Shown here: one piece after another, positions 1 through 10,077 of the stretch | How positions within the stretch are numbered: position 1 is the first letter of the stretch | Layout of the letters: each line of letters begins with the position of its first letter | Source: a bacterium | GTDB taxonomy: Bacteria; Myxococcota_A; UBA9160; UBA4427 | Assembly (NCBI GenBank): GCA_031413515.1 | Contig: JANOFF010000015.1 | Span: 1,591 to 65,590 of the forward strand | Reading direction: 5' to 3' | Length of the DNA stretch: 64,000 nt | Notes under the pieces: model-generated | The model's database searches: none | The model's input: only the letters and a program-made list of their open reading frames with translations | What the model was told of the DNA's origin: nothing | Made by a program: the position numbers and the translations under genes

Positions 1-747
1 GACCGGATCGAGGACACCTGCGATGAAGTCGTCGAGTGCATCGTCGACCGGGTCCGTCACGAGAAACGTCAGCGCAAACAGCGGTCCGACCGGGCCCGAG
101 TCCTGCCCCGGCGTGTTGCCTGCCGTGCAGGTCCCGGTCAGGCAGTCGTTCGGCGGCGCGAAGGGAGCGGCGGGCTGGCCGCCGAAGCCCGCGAGCTGCT
201 CGATGCCCGTCAAGTCCAGCTCGAGCTCGTCGAAGTCGAAGTCGAGCGTGTAGCCGTTGATGATGACGCCGGTCTGATCGCTGGCGTTTTCGACACCGAC
301 CGTCACCCGGACCTCGTCACCGGGAGGACTCTCATCGACCACCAGGTACAGGTCGATGGTCGGCCCGACCGCGCTCGGCGAAGCCGCGCCGGCCCCGGCT
401 CCATCCGATCGCAGCGCATTCGTCCGGGGGGCGACGGCGCCGGAGCGGGAATAGATCTCGTAGTCGGCCTGTCCGACGTCTCCGTCCGCGTCGAAGTCGA
501 AGCCCGCGCAGGCGCCACCGACCTGCCCGAAGCATGCGAGGAAGGCGCTGTAGTCGCGCTGGGTACAGATGCCGTCCCCATCGCTGTCGCAGCTCGACCG
601 GGATTCGGCGTGGGCGCTGCCGGCCATCAGCACGACGAGCACGAGCCCGATCGCGGTCGCGAACCGCCGCGACGACCGGCGCGTCGCTCGGATCAGCAGA
701 GAGACGGATGACTTCGATGACCGGACCGAAGTCGACTGCGTTTCCAT
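1..747 (-). CDS. Secreted protein with N-terminal dockerin/EF-hand-like repeats and a cohesin-like beta domain (3' end outside window)
   Basis: Translated by hand (no stop in window, so absent from ORF track): ATG at 747 with GAGGAGG RBS; signal peptide ...AIGLVLVVLMAGSAHA; two Ca-loop motifs CDSDGDGICTQRDY and FDFDADGDVGQADY; then GDEVRVTVGVEN...INGYTLDFDFDELEL...GPLFALTFLV, cohesin-like. Confidence 0.7.
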   Translation of the reverse strand, partial: METQSTSVRSSKSSVSLLIRATRRSSRRFATAIGLVLVVLMAGSAHAESRSSCDSDGDGICTQRDYSAFLACFGQVGGACAGFDFDADGDVGQADYEIYSRSGAVAPRTNALRSDGAGAGAASPSAVGPTIDLYLVVDESPPGDEVRVTVGVENASDQTGVIINGYTLDFDFDELELDLTGIEQLAGFGGQPAAPFAPPNDCLTGTCTAGNTPGQDSGPVGPLFALTFLVTDPVDDALDDFIAGVLDPV

Positions 748-815
748 CAGGGCCTCCTCCTCGCACTCGCTCAGAGGAGATCTCTCTCGGTCTCTATCCA
801 GATCGTTGGCGCCCG

Positions 816-845
816 AGTATGCCGGGATCCGGTCGGGATGGTCAA
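816..845 (-). promoter_or_regulatory. Putative sigma70 promoter for the dockerin/cohesin-like gene
   Basis: Minus strand TTGACC-N18-CATACT, with an A/T-rich tract just upstream of the -35. Confidence 0.45.
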
Positions 846-1015
846 ACTTTTTCTTGAAAGCGGAGGTCACGCAGCTGTGATCCGCCGGCGCATCCGGATC
901 CCGAAGCCTGCTCGCGCACGCGCAAAAGAGGCCCGATGCGTCCGATCTGTCGACGTGCGCTCGTCGATCCTGCGCGATCGGAAGTTGCCGGTGGGGATGG
1001 GGCGGGCTCGCGGAC

Positions 1016-1768
1016 CTAGCTTCGCAGTTGTCCCTGCATGCTGAACAGCCCGCTCGTCAGGCTGCTGCCGATCGACTCGTCCTTCAGCTGTTGCACGGTC
1101 AGGAAGACGCTCAGTCGACGCGCCGCATCGCCGACCGTGCCGATCGTCATGCTGCCGTTCAAGAACGGCGAGAAGACCTGCTTGCTCAGCGTGACGTTGC
1201 AGCTGGCGGATCCGAACTCGCCAGCCGATGCCTTTCGCGCCGTCGTGAACGTGCCCCGGGTGTCCCCCTTGAATCCGTTCGTCAGACCCCGGTCGATGAA
1301 GTTCGGGACGATCCTGAACTCCTTGCTGTCGACGAGATCCGTGCTCGCGATGAACAGCGTGAAGACCTCGGTTCCGCCGATCCCGGTATTGCCGAAGAAC
1401 GTGAAGCGCCAGTTCTTCGAACCGAACTCGATCACGGGCGGCTTGAACTGGATGTCGGCATCGAGGCGGTGGATCGTCTGGATGCCGACGATGTTGTCCG
1501 GCCTGGTCTGGCCGGGGCCGAGGATCGGATGCGAGCCGCTCTTGAATTTCAGGACGGCATCCGCCGTGGACTGACCGAAGACGCCCTTCGGATCGGCCAC
1601 CTTGAAACCGAGCTTTGCGAGGGCGTCCTGGATGCGGCCGACGGCATCCGACAGGCCGGGTACGGCGGGCTTGCCTTTGAAGATGTGCGCCGGATGCGAG
1701 ACCGCGCAGTCCCGCAACAGGTTCTTGCCCGGGCCTTCCGCGGTGAAGAGCGGCGATGAAAGCGTCAT
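1016..1768 (-). CDS. Peptidoglycan-binding domain protein with uncharacterised C-terminal beta-rich domain
   Basis: DAVGRIQDALAKLG...GVFGQSTADAVLKFK...DNIVGIQTIHRLD is PG_binding_1-like; GGAGG RBS; no signal peptide. Confidence 0.65.
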   Translation of the reverse strand: MTLSSPLFTAEGPGKNLLRDCAVSHPAHIFKGKPAVPGLSDAVGRIQDALAKLGFKVADPKGVFGQSTADAVLKFKSGSHPILGPGQTRPDNIVGIQTIHRLDADIQFKPPVIEFGSKNWRFTFFGNTGIGGTEVFTLFIASTDLVDSKEFRIVPNFIDRGLTNGFKGDTRGTFTTARKASAGEFGSASCNVTLSKQVFSPFLNGSMTIGTVGDAARRLSVFLTVQQLKDESIGSSLTSGLFSMQGQLRS

Positions 1769-2007
1769 GCTCGATGCCTCCGCGACCGAGCCGGAGCGAA
1801 CCCACTCGCGACCCGGCCTCGATCGTCAGTCCAACGGTGGAGGATCCGACCGGTGGAGATCCCTGACTGGGTGGCAGTGAGTGACGCGCCTGGCCTCGGG
1901 GGTTTCCCGGTTTCGGCAGCAGCGGGAGCGATTTCCGGTCCGGGTCTGCGATGCTGGCCTGCGCGGCCCGAGCGGCGATCCTGCACATCCACCCGGAAAC
2001 GAGACCG

Positions 2008-2766
2008 ATGACCCGACCGATCCTCTACGTGTTCGCGATCTCGCACTACTGCGAGAAGGCGCGCTGGGCGCTCGACTCGCTCGCTGTCGACTACGAGTTG
2101 CGCCATCTGGCGCCTGGCCTGCATGGTCTGATCGCGAAGCGGCTCGGAGCGCCGGGCTCTTCGCTCCCGCTGTTGGTCGCCGACGGACGGGTGGTGCACG
2201 GATCCGGCGCCATCCTCGAGTGGGCGGATGCCGCGACGACGAACGACTCGATGCGTCTGTGTCCCGATGCGATGCGCGAAGAGTGTCGCTTGCTGGAGCA
2301 ACGCCTCGACGACGTCGCCGGCGTGCACGCGCGCCGCTACTACTACTCGGAGGCGCTCGTCGAACATCCGCAAACGGTTCGACCCATGTTCACGCGCGAT
2401 CTTTCGTTCGGGCAGGGCCTGCTGTTACGCGCTGCCTGGGGCCGTGTCCGTGCGCTGATGATCCGCGCAATGGATCTCGGGTTCGAACAGGGACAGCAGT
2501 CGAAGCAGATCCTCGAACAGGAACTCGACTGGTTCGACGGGCTGCTCTCCGATGGTCGACGCTTCCTGGTGGGCGACCGCTTCTCGCGGGCCGACCTCAC
2601 GGCTGCAAGCCTGCTGGCGCCAATCGCGCTCCCGCCGGAGCACCCGACGTATGGCCGGCTCGAACTGCCGCCCAGAGCGCGCGCGGATCTGGCGCGTTGG
2701 TCGGATCGCCCGACCACCGGCTGGGTGCGCGAGATCTATCGCACGCATCGCCCGCGCGCGAAGTGA
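2008..2766 (+). CDS. Glutathione S-transferase family protein
   Basis: ISHYCEKARWALD N-terminal motif, SLPLL, GSGAI, FLVGDRFSRADLTAASL C-terminal motif; start moved to ATG 2008. Confidence 0.85.
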   Translation: MTRPILYVFAISHYCEKARWALDSLAVDYELRHLAPGLHGLIAKRLGAPGSSLPLLVADGRVVHGSGAILEWADAATTNDSMRLCPDAMREECRLLEQRLDDVAGVHARRYYYSEALVEHPQTVRPMFTRDLSFGQGLLLRAAWGRVRALMIRAMDLGFEQGQQSKQILEQELDWFDGLLSDGRRFLVGDRFSRADLTAASLLAPIALPPEHPTYGRLELPPRARADLARWSDRPTTGWVREIYRTHRPRAK

Positions 2767-2777
2767 TCGTCGCGGTC

Positions 2778-3956
2778 TCAGCCGCCGATCCCCATCAGAT
2801 CGCAGAAGTTGTGCGAGTAGAAGCGTTGTCGCGCCGGCTCCGTGATGTCTTTGTTGTCCATCGACTCTTCGAAGCGCTTGATCGGGTTGCGGCCGCCTTC
2901 CGGGTGGGGATAGTCGCTCGAGAACAGGAACACTTCTTCGCCCGCCTGCTCGATCAGCCAGCCGATGTCCTCGAACGGGAACGGCGTGAAGCGGATCTGT
3001 CGCTTGATGTACTCCGACGGGCGGAGCGAGAGCTCCTTCAGCAGCGGCTCGTTCTTCCCGAAGCTGTCGAACGCGGCGTCGAGATTGCGCATGAGGCCGG
3101 GCACCCACGACGCGCCGAGTTCGATCGCCCCGCAGCGCAGCCCCGGATGGCGCTCGAAGACGCCGTCGAGCACCAGTGCGTTCAAGAAGTTCTCCGGCGA
3201 ATGATGCACGGCCGGAAAATCCTTGGCGCGCAGATTCTCGCCGCCGCCGAGCCAGTCGTTCGGCCGCGGCCGACCGTTGTCGTGATACGGACGCGGCAGC
3301 AGGCGACCGCCGCCGATGTGCAGCAGCACCGGGAGCTTGCGTTCGACGAGCCGCGCCCAGAACGGTTCGAGATCCACGTGGGCCGGTGAGAATCCGCCGG
3401 CATATCCGCCCGGCGGATCGGAGGGGACGTGGATGCCGCGACATCCGAGGTCGGCGGCGGCGTCGAGTTCTGCGAGCGCCCGCTTCGGATCGTTCAGCGG
3501 AATCAGGGCGACCGCCATCAGGCGCTCGTCCTCGCTGCAGAACTCGGCCATCGCGCGGCTGTGCGCCCGGGTGCCGCCGTAGACCACGTCGGGATCGCTC
3601 GATCGCAGGAAGTGACCGGCGAAGGTCGAGAACACAAGTTGACCCCGGAAGCCGAGCAGGTCGAGGGTGCGGCTGCGCTCGGCGCCGTCGACCGCGCCAT
3701 GAGCCGCCCAGCCCTTGGCACTCGCGATCACGTTGTCTTCGAGGGCGCGCGTGCGTTCTTCATCGTCGAGGCGCGCGTCGACGTCGCGCACGATCTCGCC
3801 GAACCACTTCTCGAAACCCTCACCGCCGTTCGCACCGCCATCGATCCGGAGCGCGTCCTTCAGTCTGCCGTCCGCGTGTCGCGACAGGAAATCGGGCCTC
3901 GGCATCAGGTGGCTGTCGGCATCGAAGCAGATGCGGTCGCCCGCGTAGGTGTTCAT
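2778..3956 (-). CDS. Amidohydrolase family protein (Amidohydro_2)
   Basis: DADSHLM metal-binding motif, LLHIG, GVFERHPGLR, FSSDYPHPEG; GGGAGG RBS before ATG 3956. Confidence 0.88.
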   Translation of the reverse strand: MNTYAGDRICFDADSHLMPRPDFLSRHADGRLKDALRIDGGANGGEGFEKWFGEIVRDVDARLDDEERTRALEDNVIASAKGWAAHGAVDGAERSRTLDLLGFRGQLVFSTFAGHFLRSSDPDVVYGGTRAHSRAMAEFCSEDERLMAVALIPLNDPKRALAELDAAADLGCRGIHVPSDPPGGYAGGFSPAHVDLEPFWARLVERKLPVLLHIGGGRLLPRPYHDNGRPRPNDWLGGGENLRAKDFPAVHHSPENFLNALVLDGVFERHPGLRCGAIELGASWVPGLMRNLDAAFDSFGKNEPLLKELSLRPSEYIKRQIRFTPFPFEDIGWLIEQAGEEVFLFSSDYPHPEGGRNPIKRFEESMDNKDITEPARQRFYSHNFCDLMGIGG

Positions 3957-4062
3957 GACTGGTCCCTCCCATGGATCGACGTGGTCCGCGCGTCGCGCCG
4001 AGCACGACGAGAATACGCGATTCCGGCTCGTGCCAAGTGGAGATTTCGCCGCGAGACGAAGC

Positions 4063-4791
4063 TCACTGCGGCGCGCGCGGGCCGAGCGGGTCGGCTTGCT
4101 GCGCAGTCTTCTCGGCGATCGCTTCGAGGGCACGGTCGAAGCTGCGTCGCCAGAGCGTCATATCGAGTCCGCCGGCGCTGACACCGGCCTGGGCCGAGAC
4201 GTTCGCCCCCTCGTTGAATCCCCGAACAGCACCCTGGAGGGCGATCTCGACCCGGTACTCGACAGTTGCCAGACCGGCCGAGGGTTGGACGTCCAGCCAG
4301 AACTCGTGGATCGACACGGACAGGCGCGGCGGCCGCGTGGCGCCGTCGTCGGCTTCCGCCGCGGCCAGCTCCGCCTCGATTCCCGCGGTGCGCAGTCCTT
4401 CGACGACGGCGCGGCCGACCCACTGCGAGACCGATTCGCCGGGTGGGAGCACGATGTTCGACGCAAGCATGTTGATGCCGTCGACACGCCGCCCGACCAC
4501 ACGCGCCGTCAGCGCCGCGTCGGCGGGATTGCCCTGGACGCTCGGGACCGGCGCGCGATTCGACGAACCGCTGAAGGGTCGGAGATCGGCAGGTGTCGCG
4601 ACGACCACCTGCACGGCGCCTGTCGCGGCATTCGGGATCGCGTAGCGCGACTCGAGGTAGAGCGGCTTCGACATCCCACAGGCCGACGTGAGCAGGGCCA
4701 GGAGAATCCAACCGACACCGGCAGCCGCGCTGGCCTTCCGCGCGGGCCGGCTTGCCTGGCGATCTGCTCGGGTCGGTCGGGTTCGCGCCAC
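4063..4791 (-). CDS. Putative lipoprotein (YajG-like)
   Basis: Hydrophobic stretch ending in lipobox-like LTSAC; size and pattern resemble YajG-type lipoproteins; start uncertain. Confidence 0.5.
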   Translation of the reverse strand: MARTRPTRADRQASRPARKASAAAGVGWILLALLTSACGMSKPLYLESRYAIPNAATGAVQVVVATPADLRPFSGSSNRAPVPSVQGNPADAALTARVVGRRVDGINMLASNIVLPPGESVSQWVGRAVVEGLRTAGIEAELAAAEADDGATRPPRLSVSIHEFWLDVQPSAGLATVEYRVEIALQGAVRGFNEGANVSAQAGVSAGGLDMTLWRRSFDRALEAIAEKTAQQADPLGPRAPQ

Positions 4792-4833
4792 TCGTCTGTC
4801 CTCTCGATTCCGGGCCTTGCCGTCCGCCGCTCG

Positions 4834-6168
4834 TCAGTCGCTGCGCCGCCGCACCCGGACCGACTCGGCGTGGGCGTCGAGTCCCTCGAGTTCGGCGAGC
4901 GCGGAGATCGTGTCGATGGCCACGCCCGGCATGCCGTCCGTGTACTGGACCGTGCCGCTCCGCTTGAGGAAGGTGTGCACGCTGATCCCGCTCGCGAATC
5001 GCGCCGTGCTGCCCGTCGGCAGGCAGTGGCTCGGGCCGGCATAGTAGTCGCCGGCTGCGACGGGGGTCTGGTCGCCCAGGAAGAACTCACCTCCGTGTCG
5101 CAGGCGGGCGAGCCAGGCAGCGGGATCGCCGACGGCGAGATTGACGTGCTCGGCCGCGATCTCGTCGGCGATCGCAGCGGCTTCTTCTTCATCCCGCACG
5201 AGCAGCGCCGCGGAGTCGTGCTCGAGCGCCCGCTCGATGGCTTCGATGCGGCTGCGCTTCGCGAGCTGCCGCGCGACCTCTGCCGCGACCGCGTCGAGCA
5301 CCGGGCGCGACCACGACACGAGGAAGCACTTGCCCGGATCGTGCTCGGCCTGCGCGATCAGGTCGGCGGCCACACAGCGCGGGTCGGCGCTGGCGTCGGC
5401 GATGGTCACGATCTCGCTCGGGCCGTAGAAGCCGCCGTCGGTCCCGCACGCGCCCGAGACCAGCTGCTTGGCGAGCTGTCCGTACACGTTGCCGGGGCCG
5501 GCGATCATCGCGACCGCCTCGACGCTCTCGGTCCCGTAGGCGAGCGCCGCCACCGCCTGCGCGCCGCCGATGCGGTAGACGGTGTCGATCCCGAGCAGCC
5601 GGCAGGCGGCCAGCACGACCGGCGAGATGTCGCGCGCCGGTTCGCCGCGTCGCCGCGTGGGCGGAGGATTCACGACACGCACTGCCGCCGGAGCCACGCC
5701 CGCCACGATCGCCGGGACGGCAAGCATCACCAGCGTCGAGACGAGCACCGCGACACCGCCCGGCACCGTCAGGCCGACGCTGTCGACGGGGCGAAAGCGC
5801 AGTCCCACGCGCGCGCCGGCGAGTTCGAGCGGTTCGGGATCGACCGGACGGATGTGGGTCTGATACGCGCGCACGTTGGCGATCGAGCGCTCGAGGGCGC
5901 GCCGAAGATCCGGATCGAGATCCCGCTCGGCGCGCTCGAACTCGTCCGCGCCGACCCGGATGCGGGCCGCGCTGAACTCGGGATCGGTCCAGCGGCGCAT
6001 GTGTTCGACGACGGCCTCGTCACCGCGCTGCCGCACCGACTCGACGATCTCGGCCACCGTGCGGGCGGCCTCACCGTCGCGGCTGGCCGTCGCCCGCAGC
6101 CGCGAGAGACGCTCGGTCCACGCCTCGCGATCGACGGGGCGGCTGAGGTCGAGGATGGGCAGAGGCAT
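4834..6168 (-). CDS. hisD: Histidinol dehydrogenase
   Basis: [50 protein letters not shown]; catalytic and Zn ligands retained. Confidence 0.92.
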   Translation of the reverse strand: MPLPILDLSRPVDREAWTERLSRLRATASRDGEAARTVAEIVESVRQRGDEAVVEHMRRWTDPEFSAARIRVGADEFERAERDLDPDLRRALERSIANVRAYQTHIRPVDPEPLELAGARVGLRFRPVDSVGLTVPGGVAVLVSTLVMLAVPAIVAGVAPAAVRVVNPPPTRRRGEPARDISPVVLAACRLLGIDTVYRIGGAQAVAALAYGTESVEAVAMIAGPGNVYGQLAKQLVSGACGTDGGFYGPSEIVTIADASADPRCVAADLIAQAEHDPGKCFLVSWSRPVLDAVAAEVARQLAKRSRIEAIERALEHDSAALLVRDEEEAAAIADEIAAEHVNLAVGDPAAWLARLRHGGEFFLGDQTPVAAGDYYAGPSHCLPTGSTARFASGISVHTFLKRSGTVQYTDGMPGVAIDTISALAELEGLDAHAESVRVRRRSD

Positions 6169-6247
6169 GGGTGGCTCGCGTCGGGGACGGGCGGGCCAAG
6201 GTAGCGGGCGAGGTCGCCGGCCGCGCTGCAGCGAAGCGCGGGTCCGC

Positions 6248-7222
6248 CTATTCGGCGCCCGGCTCGACGCGTTCGCCCGGTCGGGAGTCGCCGGGTCGCA
6301 CGAAGTCGGCCGCAACGACGCTGCCGAGGCGCGCGACGTTTGCCGCCTCGACTTGCACCACGAAACGGTCGCTGTCGGATTTCACGATCGCCTGGCCACC
6401 CTCGATCACGCCGACCGCGTATCCATCGACGACCGACTGATCGCTCGCTTCGAGGGTCCAGCTGATCCGCGGGCCGGCGCCGAGTCCGTACTCGGGGAGC
6501 ACTTCGGTGCCGAGGGGTGTGACCAGCGTCAGCGCCGTCACCTCGGCGAGGAACTTCTCGATCGCCTCGGAGTCCGCCCGTGTGTCGGCGGGCGCGTCGG
6601 CGACCGTCCAGCCGTCTGCGCTGCGTTCGACGCGAAGTGTGCCGCGCTCGTTCTCGACAGTGAAAGAGCGGATCTCTTCGATCGGCACACGGACGAATTC
6701 GCGCGACCAGTACGCCGACGCGGTATCGGCGAGCGCGAACTCCGAGATCCCGTCGGCCAGATACACGTCGTCCTCGTCGGCGAACCGCACGCGGATGCTG
6801 TTGCTGCGGTCCGCACCCACGATGAGCTCGCGTTCGGTCCCGCCGGCCGACAGTTTCACCCGACGACCGTAGTCTCGTTCTCCGACCGAAAGCGCGTTGT
6901 GGCTCGATGGGCGGGTCGCGATCGGCGCGCGGACGCGCAGATCGAGCAGCTGCGTGATCAGCTGCTCGACCTTCACGGCATCGGCCGGGTAGCCGTTCGA
7001 CGAGTCGATCGTCCAGCCGGCTTCCGTGCGCCGGAGCTTCAACCCTCCGGCTTCACTGCCCTCGACCGGCTTCCGCGCGATCTCGATCCCGGTGATCGTC
7101 GTCGCGTCGAGGGCGAGCAGCGGACGTGCGATCTGCGCTGATCGGTCGGCGGGCCACCACGTGAACAGCGCGAGCGCGAGTTGCGCGACCAGCAGGATCC
7201 CGAGCACCCGGGTCGTTTTCAT
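6248..7222 (-). CDS. DUF4340 domain protein (accessory to Gld-type ABC system)
   Basis: N-terminal TM anchor, two W...P/AD repeat units (GWTIDSSNGYPADAVKV; GWTVADAPADTRADSEAI); ATGA overlap with upstream gene. Confidence 0.75.
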   Translation of the reverse strand: MKTTRVLGILLVAQLALALFTWWPADRSAQIARPLLALDATTITGIEIARKPVEGSEAGGLKLRRTEAGWTIDSSNGYPADAVKVEQLITQLLDLRVRAPIATRPSSHNALSVGERDYGRRVKLSAGGTERELIVGADRSNSIRVRFADEDDVYLADGISEFALADTASAYWSREFVRVPIEEIRSFTVENERGTLRVERSADGWTVADAPADTRADSEAIEKFLAEVTALTLVTPLGTEVLPEYGLGAGPRISWTLEASDQSVVDGYAVGVIEGGQAIVKSDSDRFVVQVEAANVARLGSVVAADFVRPGDSRPGERVEPGAE

Positions 7223-10077
7223 GACGCGGCTCCAGCGCTCGGCAGCAGGACGCGCACACGGCCGAGTCTTCGAGCCACGAGGATCACGCCGGCCAGCAAG
7301 GTGAGCGACGCCGCATAGCAACCGAGTTCCCATCGCCAGGTCTGGTCTTCGTCGAGCGGAATCAGCGTGCGCGCGAAACTGCCGCTCGACCGGATCTGCA
7401 GCAGATCGGTGTCCTCGACCGACCAGTCGATCAGGTTCTGCACGAACTGCAGATCGGGGCGATGCACCTCGCCGCCCATGCGACTCGCGAGCTGCACCAT
7501 CAGATCGGAGATGATCTCCGACGAGCCGATCACGCTGAGCCGCGCGTCGGGGAGGGAGGTCTTCAACGTGTCGTCGATGCCGGCCGGTGCACCGTCCGGA
7601 CCGGGCTGCGCGAGCGGTGACGGGCGATCCGCGAAGGCGCTCGGGAAGACGCCGGTCAGGCTGGCGGCCAGCACCACGCGCCCGATCTCGCCTTCGGGCC
7701 CGAAGCCGACGCCCGGGAAGCGCTCCATGTCGGGCTCGATGCGGCCGCTCGTGTTGCGCCAGCTCGCGTCCGAACTGGACAACAGCGATTCGGCGCTGAC
7801 GCCGTCGGGCGGTGCGACGACCAGAGGCGATGCCCACGGCGTCGTCACGTTCTGCAGGCCGACCAGGGCGGGATGCCCCGACGCCATACCGTCCCGGCGC
7901 ACGTCGGGGAAGAACGGATACGGAAGCATCTCGACGCGCTGCACCCGGAACATCCCGCGCTGCTCCTCGACGGGCACGGGGAACGAAGCGTTCTGCGGAT
8001 CCATCACCAGCGAGGACTCGACCGTCACGCCGTAGCGGGCGAGCAGATCGAAGATCGGGCTCTGATGCGGCGCGGCGTCGAGGCGTCCCTGGTCCACGCC
8101 GATCGCCGTCCTGCCGGCGAGCACGATCAGCTTGCCGCCGCGCATCAGGTACTGATCGATCGCGTACTGCTGCACTTCGCCGAGCGGACCCGGCTTGCCG
8201 ATCAGCAGCACGTCGATCTCCTGCGGCACGCGACCGTCTGCCAGGTCGACGGTCTGCACCCGGTAGTCCTCGCCGTAGACCTCTTCGAGGGCCCGGTAGT
8301 CGCGCTCGGGCGGCGGGGGCTGCATCTGCGGCGGCAGCTGCGGGTTCGGCGGCGGGGCGATCGGATCCTCGGTGTAGATGCCGAGGGTCTTCAGCTGCCC
8401 GGGACTCGCGCGGCGGATCGCCGCCTCGAGGTCGGCCTTCAGCTCGACCTCACCGACCGCCGAGCGCGGGCTGAGGCGCAGCACTTCGTCGTCGGTCTCG
8501 AGCAGCATGTCGAAGTAGAAGGTGCGCTGCGCGAACAGATCGGCGGCCAGGGGGCGGATCCCGTAGTCGTCCGCGAGCTTCCTGGCCAGCTCGGGATCGC
8601 TGCCCGGATCCACCTCGGCGAAGACCAGCTTGCCCTCCGACGCACTCGCGAGCCCGGCGGCGATCGTGCGGATGTGACCCGGCACCGCGGCGAGGGACTC
8701 GGGCAGGTTCGCCGGCGTGGCGTACAAGGTCAGCTTCACACCGCCCGGGATGCGGGCGAAGATCGATTCCATGTTCTGGAAGTCGCGCGACACGCGCTTG
8801 ATGGTCCGCGTCAGGTCGTACTCGGGGTTCGCGAGTCGGACCAGGATCTCGTCTTCGTTGGCGCTCACCTCGATCAGATCGTCGAAGCCGAGCACCTCGA
8901 ACTGATCTCCGTAGCGCACCACGATGTGCAGGAACGAATTGACGACCGCCTGTTGATGGCGGTCCGAGACCTGGAACGGCACGCTGCGGATTCCGTAGCG
9001 CTCGCCGATCTCCTGCTCGAGGGCGTCGTCGGCGCTGGGGTCGGCGATGCGGAGCGTGACGTGACCGTCGCCCGCGACCTCGATCTCCTCGAGCAGATCT
9101 CGCAGCTGCGGGACCAGCGGCGCCAGCAGTGGGTGCGTTCGGTCGGAGAAGTAGGCGTCGATGTACAGCGGCTCCGCGAGGCCCCGGAGCGTCGCCGTGG
9201 TAGTCGGGCTGATCGAGTACTGGCCTGCCTCGGTCAGATCGATGCGGAGGAACGAAACCGGGGCCAGCCAGAGATTTGCGGCCACCACGTTCAGCCCGAC
9301 GAGGCCGGTCACGAGAGCGAGGGCACGCGCCTGGCGGCCGCCCGCCTCGCTGCCGCGATCGATCCGGTCCAGTTCGAGGAAGTGCCAGTTCAGCACCAGG
9401 AAGAAAGTCGTGAGCCCGACGTAGTAGGCGAGGTCGCGAAGATCGAGCACGCCCCGCTCGAGGCTCTCGAAACGCGAACCCGTCCCGAGCGCGCGCAGCA
9501 CTTCGCCGACTGTCTGGCCGAACAACTCCGTCAGGGGGCCGCTGCCGATTGCCACCAGCACGCTGCCGATCACACCCGTCAGCATCAGCGCGACCACTTG
9601 ATTGTCGGTTCGCGCACTGACACACAGGCCGATCGAGAGATACGTGGTGCCGAGCAGCAATCCTCCCACGTAGCCGCCGATCACCGGGCCCCAGTCGAGA
9701 TCACCGAGCAGCGAGACCATCCACGGGATCGGCAGCGTCAGACCGAGCGCGATCGCGATCAGGATCGTGCCGGCGATGAACTTGCCGAGCACGAGATCGC
9801 GGGTCGGGACGGGCAGGCTGAGCAGCACCTCGAGGGTGCCCATCTTGCGTTCCTCGGCCCACTGGCGCATCGCGATCGCGGCGACCAGCAGCACGAGCAG
9901 GGCCGGCAGCCAGGCGAACAGCGGACGCACGTCGGCGAGGTTGCGGGCGAAGAACCCCGAGTAGCCGAAGAAACTGACGAGCGTCGCGAGCAGGAAGACG
10001 CCGAGGAAGATCAGCGCGATCGGCGAACCGAAATAGCTCCGGAGTTCCTTGCGCGCGATGATGGCCGTGGCGCTCAT
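7219..10077 (-). CDS. Fused GldF-like ABC permease / GldG-like auxiliary domain protein
   Basis: IARKELRSYFGSP, WAEERKMGTLEVLLSLP, RIDLTEAGQYSISPTT, IDQYLMRGGK, FVQNLIDW, C-terminal TM. Confidence 0.85.
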   Translation of the reverse strand: MSATAIIARKELRSYFGSPIALIFLGVFLLATLVSFFGYSGFFARNLADVRPLFAWLPALLVLLVAAIAMRQWAEERKMGTLEVLLSLPVPTRDLVLGKFIAGTILIAIALGLTLPIPWMVSLLGDLDWGPVIGGYVGGLLLGTTYLSIGLCVSARTDNQVVALMLTGVIGSVLVAIGSGPLTELFGQTVGEVLRALGTGSRFESLERGVLDLRDLAYYVGLTTFFLVLNWHFLELDRIDRGSEAGGRQARALALVTGLVGLNVVAANLWLAPVSFLRIDLTEAGQYSISPTTTATLRGLAEPLYIDAYFSDRTHPLLAPLVPQLRDLLEEIEVAGDGHVTLRIADPSADDALEQEIGERYGIRSVPFQVSDRHQQAVVNSFLHIVVRYGDQFEVLGFDDLIEVSANEDEILVRLANPEYDLTRTIKRVSRDFQNMESIFARIPGGVKLTLYATPANLPESLAAVPGHIRTIAAGLASASEGKLVFAEVDPGSDPELARKLADDYGIRPLAADLFAQRTFYFDMLLETDDEVLRLSPRSAVGEVELKADLEAAIRRASPGQLKTLGIYTEDPIAPPPNPQLPPQMQPPPPERDYRALEEVYGEDYRVQTVDLADGRVPQEIDVLLIGKPGPLGEVQQYAIDQYLMRGGKLIVLAGRTAIGVDQGRLDAAPHQSPIFDLLARYGVTVESSLVMDPQNASFPVPVEEQRGMFRVQRVEMLPYPFFPDVRRDGMASGHPALVGLQNVTTPWASPLVVAPPDGVSAESLLSSSDASWRNTSGRIEPDMERFPGVGFGPEGEIGRVVLAASLTGVFPSAFADRPSPLAQPGPDGAPAGIDDTLKTSLPDARLSVIGSSEIISDLMVQLASRMGGEVHRPDLQFVQNLIDWSVEDTDLLQIRSSGSFARTLIPLDEDQTWRWELGCYAASLTLLAGVILVARRLGRVRVLLPSAGAAS

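Noticed and set aside
3949-6204. Long antisense and alternate-frame ORFs (e.g. 3949-6204 +, 7873-10257 +, 49594-51615 -, 56285-58648 -)
   Set aside because: Shadow ORFs expected in high-GC DNA opposite well-supported genes; Arg/Ala/Pro-rich with no recognisable motifs.
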